This document shows, in pieces, positions 53,365 through 64,000 of a stretch of 64,000 nt of DNA (its first letter is position 1; each line of letters starts with the position of its first letter). The DNA is from Eledone cirrhosa. Lineage: Eukaryota. The notes under the pieces are model-generated. The model was given only the letters and a program-made list of their open reading frames with translations, did no database searches and was not told the DNA's origin. The position numbers and the translations under genes were made by a program. The stretch spans positions 1,178,001 to 1,242,000 of the forward strand of contig OZ024751.1 of NCBI GenBank assembly GCA_964016885.1, in the 5' to 3' direction.

Positions 53365-55545
53365 TGTGAGGTGTTCAGGATTGCGAGGCAATGTCTCAAG
53401 GAGAATTGTGATATTGTTGGGGAGACGTGTGTCCGTAATGACGATGGTATACTTGCCATCACTGATACTGATAAGAAGTTACCTTGGAAGTGTCACTATG
53501 AGAGACTACTGAATGAGGAGAATGAATGGAATAAAGATAGTCTGCCCCACATGGATCCAACAGAAGGACCAGCTGCGCAAGTCAATGGTAGTATAGTAAG
53601 TAAGGCAATCAGAGATATTAAGACAGGCAAGGCAGCCGGGCCTTCAGGGATAGTTGCTGAAATGTTGAAGGTATCTGGAATGGTGGGACATACTATGGTC
53701 ACCCGGAAAGTAATACAGGATAGGGTCATACCAAATGACTGGCGTAGCAGCATCATCGTCAACTGTTACAAGGGAAAAGGAGGGGCCCTGGATAAAGGAA
53801 ACTATAGGGGTACTAAATTAGTTGACCAAGTCATGAAAGTCACAGAAAGAGTTATTACTCAACTAATTAGGGACTGAATTGATCTAGATGAAATGAAGTT
53901 TGGGTTTGTGCCAGGTAAAAGTACCACGAATGCTCTTTTCCTTGTACGGCAACTACGGGAGAAGTACGTAGCTGACAGTAAACCACTCTACTTAGCTTTT
54001 GTTGACTTGGAGAAGGCCTCTGACAGAGTCCCATGCACCTTAATCTGGTAGGCTCTTAGAAAACTAGGAATAGATGAATGGCTTGTGAGAGCTATACAAG
54101 CCATGTATAGAGGAACAGTCAGCATGGTTAGAATTAACAATGAATATAGTGAAGAATTTAGCGTAATAGTAGGAGTTCAAGAGGGCTCCGTCCTTAGGCC
54201 CCTCTTGTTTATTATTGTCCTGCAGGCTATAACAGAAGTGTTTAAGACTGGGAACGTCTATATGCAGATGATCTAACGCTCATAGCTGAATCTATGGCTG
54301 AACTAGAGAAGAAATTCCAAGCATGGAAGTATGGCCTATAATCAAAAGGCCTTAGAGTCAACTTGTCTAAGACGAAAGTTCTAGTATGTAGAAAGGAGAA
54401 TAGGGCTCAGGTGCGTTCTGGGAAATGGTTATGCTAAGTGTGTAAGAAAGGAGTTGGTAGAAATTCCATTCTATGCCCCAAATGCAATCTATGGGTACAT
54501 AAAAGATCTAGTGGGATCACAGGTAAGCTATCTGAGAATGTAGATTTTATATGTGGCTGATGCTCAGGTGCAGTAAGTAGCAAGAACCCACTGGATGATG
54601 TCTCCTTTAACTGCCCAGATGGTTCTATAGAAATAGTAGACACTTTCTGTTACCTAGGTGATAAAATCAGCAGTGTAGGAGGGTGTTCTGAAAGTGTAGT
54701 AGCCAGAGTTAGAACGGGATGGAAACGGTTCAGAGAGCTAATACCGCTGTTGGCCACAAGGGGCTTTTCTTTAAAAATGAAAGGCAGATTGTATGATGCC
54801 TGTATATGAACGGCAATATTACATGGTAGTGAGACTTGGGTGCTGTGTGCAGAAGACTTGCGTAGATTAGAAAGAAACAAAGCTTGCATGCTCCGATGGA
54901 TGTGTAATAGTAATGTGCGCGAACGGCAAAGCATAAACGAATTGAGAGAGACTAAGCATAAGAGGTATCAAATGTTGTGTGCAGGAGAGGAGATTGCGTT
55001 GGTATGGTCATGTGATGCATATGAAGGACAACATCTGTATAAAAAAGTGAAGAGCAATCACAATTGATGAAAGGAGTGAGTAGACCAAGAAAAACCTGGG
55101 ACAAGATGATAAAAACTGACCTTGGTCAGTTACACCTCTCCTAGACAATGTCACTGGATTGAGATCTTTGGCGCTACGGAGTTGTACAGAAGACTTGCCT
55201 TTCCTTGCTTACAAACTTAAACCTACAGTGAGTAGGCACCTCTTAACCCAATATACACCCCACCCCACACATCTTACCCCACCCTCCCATTTCTGTCCAC
55301 TGTGTCGATGACACAAAAGCACCCAGTCCACACTATAAAGTGGTCGTGTAGGAGACACGGTGAAAAGGCTCCCAGTCCACACTGTAAATGTGGTTGGTTT
55401 TAGGAAGGGCATCCAGCTATAGAAAACCCGCCAGTGCCTCTTTACAAACGAGACACGGTCTCCCCACCATTCCCCGCATCAAATGGAACAAAACCGTCTA
55501 ACCCATGCTAGTGTGGAAGATGGACGTTAAACGATGATGATGATA
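53365..55545 (+). mobile_element. Degraded RTE LINE (PHD-containing family)
   Basis: VFRIARQC..., GNYRGTKL, FVDLEKA, HGSETW, 3' UTR and (GAT)n tail. Confidence 0.93.
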
Positions 55546-55634
55546 TATATAAAGTGAAGGAAACGTTACCCTTGCAAGTAGGGAAAAGCGGATGTAAAAT
55601 GATGATGATGATATATATATATACATATATATTT

Positions 55635-55801
55635 AAAGGTTAAACAAGGTTCAATGAACCATATACTATGTCAGGGTATGTCAATCATCATCTTATTTTA
55701 TCTGATGAGGACGTACTGTTGAAGTTAGCTGAGTAACTCTGAAATATGTATAATAAAATATACTTGATCACAAGAAGTTCTATTTTTGTTAATATTTTGA
55801 A

Positions 55802-55806
<5 letters not shown>
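55635..55806 (+). mobile_element. PLE pseudo-LTR end with hammerhead 55696-55758
   Basis: ttttat-CTGATGA-ggacgtact...agtaactct-GAAA-tatgta-TA-ataaaa; homologous to 61725-61880. Confidence 0.75.
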
Positions 55807-55863
<57 letters not shown>

Positions 55864-55945
55864 TAAACGGAATAGAAAATGCTGACAAATTGTTCACAGT
55901 TGAAAAATGGTTTAATTAGGAATAAAAGATATATATATATATATA

Positions 55946-56291
<346 letters not shown>

Positions 56292-56327
56292 TATATATAT
56301 AGTGAAGGAAACATATATATATATATA

Positions 56328-58090
56328 TATATCGGACAGACTGGACGTCGCCTGGCGGACCGGTTTACCGAACACCTCCGGGATATTCGTCTCGGCGGTA
56401 GTTCCCCCATCGCCCGCCACTTTGGCGCCCCTGGACATTCCGCGCACCACCTCACAGTCTGTGGTCTACTCCAATGCCACGGAACACCCGCCATCCTCCG
56501 CAGGGTCGAACAATGCACCATCTTCCCCCTACAGACCCACACTCCCCCCGGACTGAACTCCCCACCCCTATTCCTTTAGCCTTCGACCGCCATGTCCTCC
56601 CCCCACACATATCCCCCACTAACACCACTAACACACCCCTCCTTTTCACCGCCCACCCCACAACTAAAAATACTAACACCCCAACCCCACATCCGACCAC
56701 CCTTCCCCAACTAACAATACTAACATCCCTCCTTTCTTCACCCCTCCCCTTATCACGCACACACCGACCGGTACATATATACACGCACTCACACTAACCA
56801 CACACGCTACTACCACCACTAACCCTCACAGCCACACAGCCACTCCCACCACCCCACAACTAATACCACTGACACCCCCACTTACACCACCCACTCTATA
56901 CACCCTACCACCACTAACCCCCACTAACACCCGCATTCAACCCTTTCCCCACCACCAGTATACTAACACCCACTAACACCCCCTTCACCACATACACACT
57001 CATCCAAACACGCACACACACACCAGTACACTACACTCCCTCCACCGGCCCCCACATCTTTCTCTCCACCTCCCCCGCTCCACCCACACCCCTTCTCACA
57101 CACACATCCCACTAACACCTCTACTAATACACCCTACCCACTCCACCTTTCACACCTACCCATCCTCTCCCCTGTCCACCGCACCTCCGCACACACTGAC
57201 ACACCGACTTTCTCCACCTGCCATCCTCCCCGACTGCTGCTATGCCCTGTCTCTCTGACCATCTCTCCGCACACACATACACACAACCCTCCTCCTACCT
57301 TGATCCTCTGACCACTTCCCGTTGCGCGCGCACCCCACATCTCCCCTCTTCAGACCAACCCAACCTCGGATTACACACAGTGGACATCGCTCCCACGAAT
57401 CAACTCCATCACAAGAATATTACCCGGCATCCCACCACATCCGCTACGGAATTACCTTAGGAACTCACCCACGGACATACACTAAACAAATTTGTTTCCC
57501 CACACGCCACCTACATCCACAATACGTATAAACACCACACACACGTGCGTACCACCACATATTTACACACTCAGCCTCCGGAATCCTCTCCTCCACTCCC
57601 CCACCCCTCTGACCCCTCCTCATCCACCCACGCACACACACACCGACCTACACCCCACCCCACACACACCTTTTCCTGAACATGCAACCCCGTTCTTCCC
57701 CCAACTCTCACATTCACACACACACATACACCTACACACACACACCACCTTCAGCCCTCCCCGCTCGGACACCCCGCCTCCCTCTTCCCACTCCACCCGC
57801 CACCACCCCTACACGCCCCACATCCTTCCACCACTTGTTTTACTTCATGTTTATTTTTATTTTTATTATGCTTTTATATTTATTTTCATTTGTACCGTTT
57901 CCTTCTCACCTCTTTCTTCTAAATGTCTCTCCCCCACTCCCCTACACACCCTTGGAACTCTCTTCCCACACACTTTTCGCCTGAAGAAGGGATTATGCCC
58001 GAAACGTCGTCCCCCCACTCTCAAGAGCGTGAAACTAATAAACATTTGTTCGTACTGCCTCTCTGTTTTGTTCCCGTTCAATTTTTCACT
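56328..58090 (+). mobile_element. 5'-truncated PLE: GIY-YIG tail, long CA-rich 3' UTR, hammerhead at 57978-58011
   Basis: [21 protein letters not shown]...PIARHF...GLNSP; CTGAAGA-aggg attatg ccc-GAAAC-GTC. Confidence 0.9.
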
Positions 58091-58123
58091 ATATATATAT
58101 AGTGAAGGAAACATATATATATA

Positions 58124-58157
<34 letters not shown>

Positions 58158-58261
58158 GTAATAATAATAAAATTGAAGACTAAAATCCAAAGAGGGCTCG
58201 ATAAGGAAAATATATATCAAATATATAAGAACCGTAGAGCAAATATTTATATGGTATAAAA

Positions 58262-58293
<32 letters not shown>

Positions 58294-58386
58294 ACCAAAA
58301 GTTAAACAAGGTTCATTGATTAATCAATGAATATAGTTTTACAATAGATTAGAAGCACTCAACAGTAAAGTTTTCTGGAGTTATTA

Positions 58387-61300
58387 ATATTAATTCAAAA
58401 TATTAATAAATATAGACATTCATGTGATCAAATATATTTTATTATATATATTTCAGAGGTACTGTGCTGTTTCCTCAGTACGTCCTCATCAGATAAAATA
58501 AATTGATGTCAGACATACCTCAACTGTGCTGATGGTTCAATTCCAGTCTTGGCCGTGATTAGTTATGATAAAACTCAATATTTATATACCATGAGTAGTA
58601 ACATGACAAACTACATATAATTGAGAGGGTACGTAGGAAAATGTGCAGAAAAAATAAAATAAATACCTATATATATAAGTAAAATATATAAACACGTCAG
58701 TACATAACTGTTAAATATTTAAATAATTAAATATGTAAATATCCGTATTAGAGAAAAAAAGCAAATGAGAGAGAGAGAGTTAAATAGAGGAGAAAAGGAA
58801 AAGATAGAGAGATGAAGATAAAAACAAAGAAAGGGAGATATAGATGGTATAAAATAATTACATAAGGAGAATAGAGGTATATGATGCGTGACCGTTTTTT
58901 TTTTTCAAATATTAAGTTAAGTAGAAACGATCAATTAAATACCGTGAAATTTTTACTCTATAATATTTGAAAGAAATTATACTATTATATTATATCAAAA
59001 TTAAAACAGTATAAAGTGATATAAGATAATATAATATATTTTCAAAGATAATCTGGAGCATATTTAAATTAGCAAATACAATCAATAATTTGGTTATAAA
59101 ATTTAAAATAACAAATCTTATTAACTAACAATGGTGCTTACAAATATAGTAAATAGGCAGAAGAATTTCGATATTACCATGGGAGCGTCCGATTCTGCGT
59201 AGGTTACCGATCTTCTGGGAATTTTTATCCTTAATATGATAAATAGAAAACTGCCGGAGATTACCGGTGGTTTATATAGAGGTGATATATTATTTACTGT
59301 AGTTAAACATAGCAATAGTGAACTAAATAGAGTAAAGAAAACGATTATAGAATTCTTTAAAAATTACGACTTGAAATTAGAAGTAGAAAGTAACAGTAAA
59401 GTAGTTAACTTCCTAGACGTAACCCTCAATTTAAACTCAGGCCTATATTACCCCTTCCATAAACCCAATGAAAACCTAAATTATGTTAGTTTTTATTCCA
59501 ATCATCTTAAATGTGTTAAAAATGCAATCGTCAATTGTGTTCAACAACGTTTAACTAGATTATCTGCTAACAAATCCATTTTTAATAGTAAAGCTGGATA
59601 ATATAATGAAGCGTTGCATAAGGCAGGATATAAAAATAATATTGAATATGTAGAAAATAATAATTGTAATTATAAACTAAATATTCATAATAATAGGAAT
59701 AATATGAATAAAGCAGACTGTAAAAATAAAAATAAAAATAATATAAATACAAATAAAAATACCAATTTCGTGAATAAATCGGGGAAAAAAATTAGAACTA
59801 GATCCATTATTTGGTATGCCCTACGAGCATCGTTAGCTATTAAAACACCCTTAGCACAATCATTTTTTAAAGCATTAGATAATTGTTTCCCTAGAACACA
59901 TAAATACTACTCTATCTTCAATAGACACACAGTTAAACTATCTTACTCAACAACTACGAATATGGCTCAAAATATTGCAAAAATAAATAGCAGAATTCTT
60001 AGTTATATAACCAACAGATAATTAGTGATAATGACAATACTAATAATAATAATACTATAGTTACAGAGAATAACAATAACATTAATTTAAGCACTTACAG
60101 TAGAACACCTACAAATATTAACAATGATAATGCGAACAGTTTAGATTATAGAAATAACATGAAATCGAACTGTAACTATAGAAGAAAATCTGAATGCCCT
60201 TTGCAAAATAACTGCCTTGATAAGAATTTAGTATATAAATGTACCATTAAAACAAATAATAATATGACTTATAACTACATAGGTGCAACTTCATCGAACT
60301 TTAATCTGAGATTTTCCAATCATAAACATTCTTTTTCTAATCCGGATAAGAAATTTCTACTTCTTTATCACAATCAATATGGTCTTTAAAAGAGAAAAAT
60401 ATAAAATACTCAATCTTTTGGTCTAAACTTCGAAACTGTGAAGTTTATCGGAATAATTCCATCTCACCTAACTGCAATCTTTGCAATACCGAGACTCTAT
60501 TAATAATTGCTAATTATGGTAATTTAATTAATAAAAAAAGTGAATTATTCTCAAATTGCCTCCATAAATCTGCAACAACATTTCAAGCATCATATAAAAT
60601 TAGGAAAAAACATTGACTGAGTGAGAAAAGATATTGACTCTTATTAATAATTCTTGTAATGCTTCTATTATTGCTTTTATTGCTATTATTGATATTGCGT
60701 ATAATGTCTCAACCTCACCTTAGGAAATATATACCTGTTCTTTAAAAGAGTATGATAATCTCTTGATTGTTTAAATACCTTTAGTTTCGATTTAGAATCC
60801 TCTTATTAAATCCTGTATTTTATAAATTTGAGATCTGTAATATCTTCAGACTTTTAAACGGTTTAATTAATTTAAACGTTTGAATACGTCGTACGAAGAT
60901 ATTGTTTACATTTATCATGTATAAGTTTCGTTTTATCTAAATTGATTAATAATCTGTATTTAACCTGATTTATAGTATTGAATACAGTAAAATTTGGTTG
61001 AATCGAAATAATAATACTCTCAAGTGTAATTATAACTAATAATTAATCCTATATATAATTGACAAATATTAATTTAAATAGTATTGTTTATATAAAATGC
61101 TTATACAGATGCTAATATCTAAGTAAGTTAAGTTTAATAATTTCATATTTATTAATAAGATTTTAAATTTTAAATTTTATAACTAAATTATTGATTGTAT
61201 TTGCTAATTTAAATATGCTCCAGATTATCTTTGAAAATATATTATATTATCTTATATCACTTTATACTGTTTTAATTTTGATATAATATAGTAGTATAAT

Positions 61301-61874
61301 TTCTTTCAAATATTATAGAGTAAAAATTTCACGGTATTTAATTGATCGTTTCTACTTAACTTAATATTTAAAAAAAAAGAAAACGGTCACGTATCATATA
61401 CCTCTAATCTCCTTATGTAATTATTTTATACCATCTATATCTCCCTTTCTTCGTTTTTATCTTCATCTCTCTATCTTTTCCTTTTCTCCTCTATTTAATT
61501 CTCTCTCTCATTTGCTTTTTTTCTCTAATACGGATATTTACATATTTAATTATTTAAATATTTAATAGTTATGTGTTTATGTATTTTACTTAACTATATA
61601 TGTATTTATTTTATTTTTTCTACACATTTTCCTACGTACCCTCTCAATTATATGTAGTTTGTCATGTTACTACTCATGGTATATAAATATTGAGTTTTAT
61701 CATAACTAATCACGGCCAAGACTGGAATTGAACCATCAGTACAGTTGAGGTATGTCAGACATCAATTTATTTTATCTAATGAGGACGTACTGAGGAAACA
61801 GCACAGTACCACTGAAATATATATAATAAAATATATTTGATCACATGAATGTCTATATTTATTAATATTTTGAA

Positions 61875-61881
<7 letters not shown>
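58387..61881 (+). mobile_element. PLE with ~730-bp inverted pseudo-LTRs (58387-59123 / 61151-61881) and degraded RT-GIY-YIG ORF (~59160-60620)
   Basis: NFDITMGASDSA, GGLYRGD, VNFLDVTLNL, IFNRHTVKLSYS, NLVYKC..YIGAT; hammerheads 58437-58498 (minus, intact core) and 61770-61831 (plus, CTAATGA). Confidence 0.95.
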
Positions 61882-61916
<35 letters not shown>

Positions 61917-62574
61917 GGACTAACTCCACCCATTAGCAACCACGCAGCACGTTTATTCTCATATTTACACATATTTTTTCCCCCGCTGTGACCCGTCTAT
62001 TTCGTTCTTACTGCTTCCTCTTTCTCTGTATCTTTACCCTCTCTAACAGTCACTCTCTCTGTTAGCCTCTTCCTCACCCTTCACTCACTCACTCTCTGTT
62101 ACTACCTCTCCTCCTCCTCCTTCCCGTTTGACCTGTGCGTAATTCTTTTCTTTCGCACCCCTGGTCAGGCAGGTTCGCTTTTTTTCTCTCTCTCGTCTAC
62201 GATTTCACAGAACTTACGTTCACCGAATTCACAGACTAGATTCCTTCTTCCTCCCGTTAGACCTGTACGGAATTCCTTCCTTGCTCACATTCCAACCAGG
62301 TTTGATGGTCTTTATTCTCTCTCGTTCACGATTTCACCGAACTTATATTCATGGAAATTTGGGACTTGACTCCTTCTTCCTCACTTTTCGTTGCTTCACC
62401 ATCTTTGTTTGTTTACACTCTCGTGTCCCCTTTATTTACGTGTCCCAACGACTTTTTTTAGCCGTTGCTCGCACCAACCGGAGGTATATGGTCTTTAAAG
62501 CGATGAAATACCAATGATGGTTGGAAGATCACTGATGAAGGACTAACTTTATTCAAATATATATATATATATAT

Positions 62575-62890
62575 ATCATCATCATTTTACGTCCGCTTTT
62601 CCCTGCTTGCAAGGGTGGGACGGGAACTGAATCGGGCTTGATTTCTACAGATGGATGCCCTTCCTAACACCAACCTCATTTACAGTGAGTGCTGGGTGCT
62701 TTTTTGCCGTGGCACCTCCACGACCACCTTGCAGTGGAATGATAGGGACCCCAGTTCTACAGCTGAGTAAGCTGGAGCAATGTGAAATAAAGTGTCTTGC
62801 TCAAGGACACAACACATCACCCGGTCTGAGAATTGAACTCACAACCTTTCGATTGCAAAGCCTATGCTCTAACCACTAAGACATGTGCCT
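62575..62890 (-). mobile_element. tRNA-head SINE with RTE-derived tail
   Basis: Reverse complement of 39577-39915. Confidence 0.88.
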
Positions 62891-62902
62891 CCATTATATA
62901 TG

Positions 62903-63000
<98 letters not shown>

Positions 63001-63214
63001 CACACACATTATTTCTGAAGACAGCATATATATGTGTAGGTATGTATATTTCCTCTGATAGTTTGTAAAATTTTTTCATAGATCTATATGATATACATAC
63101 CAACACACATATATCCTAGAAAGGATCGTAAAATGATGAATTTTTTAATATAAGGAACTTGTTCTTTGTTTTTATTCATTGTTTTTATTAATTTATATAT
63201 ATATATATATATAT

Positions 63215-64000
63215 ATTGTTATACTTTGGGAGGGTCATGTTGCCAATAAGAAACACACGCACCAGTTGCTTTCACTTCAATTTAATTTAATATATATTTA
63301 TAAATTTACAAATTTATAAATTTCTGGTTGGTTGGTTGGTTCCACAACCAGATAGTTGTTTATATATATATAGTCATAGTTCTTTCGTCACACACTCTGT
63401 GACCTCTTCAGTGACTGGGGATTTCTTTCTTCGTTTCTGTGCCTTTCCTTTCTTCTATCCTACGCCATTTTGTTTGTGTGTGGGTTGCGTGCTCAGTTTG
63501 CGCATGCCTCTCACCACCACTACAATCTTAACAAACACACAGACACAGAAAACAAGTAATGACAGTAGCACAGAAATCAGAGAAATAAGAGAAAGTAATA
63601 GGATTAAAAGGAGTAGGGAGACTAAGGACAAAGAGAATAACCAAGACGAACACACAGACACACAAAATAGGGTAGATAACAACATTGAGCCAGTGGAAAG
63701 AGACAGGAGTAATTATGAGAGACATAGAAACAACCATGAAGCTGAGGCTGCTGCTGTTGGTGGAAATAGAAACAACACAACTAACAATAGCGCAAGTACA
63801 CATAAAGCAGCAGCCTGGAACTCTCCGTTTTATAACCACTCCGATAAATCATTCGACCTACGACGAGTCCACGCCACGACTTTGCCATTTAACAAACGCA
63901 CGCAGTTGCCGTCGCAGGTCGATGAACAAACAGAAGCACAATTTAGTATAGCTAAATCCGAACTTAGAAATATTATAGAACAGTATAGCAAGAAGCATAA
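63215..64000. mobile_element. Inverted PLE pseudo-LTR (hammerhead 63372-63416, minus) followed by a probable PLE ORF running off the window
   Basis: agtca-CTGAAGA-g gtcac agagtgt gtgac-GAAA-gaac-TA-tgact; + strand DKSFDLRRVHATTLPFNKRTQLP from ~63843 resembles PLE N-termini. Confidence 0.7.

Overview
Repeat-saturated animal genomic DNA, probably a coleoid cephalopod (Octopus-like). The taxon is inferred from the SINE/RTE families and dense (TA)n/(CA)n microsatellites and was not verified. Twelve small + strand exons spread over 2372-48801 splice into about 420 aa of a highly divergent plexin-type cytoplasmic region (split RasGAP fold plus Rho-binding domain). It has altered GAP arginine motifs, one apparent +1 frameshift and suspicious stops near the 3' end. 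Introns and flanks hold degraded R4/Dong, RTE (some with an internal PHD finger, one with three C2H2 fingers) and Penelope-like (PLE) retroelements, SINEs and a piggyBac-type MITE. The most striking unannotated signal is 15 or more minimal type-I hammerhead ribozyme motifs in PLE pseudo-LTRs and in ORF-less fold-back elements sitting in (TA)n tracts. One is a young 468-bp tandem-plus-inverted unit with three hammerheads (13572-15048), a candidate retrozyme that could release a circular RNA. All calls were made by eye, with no database searches.
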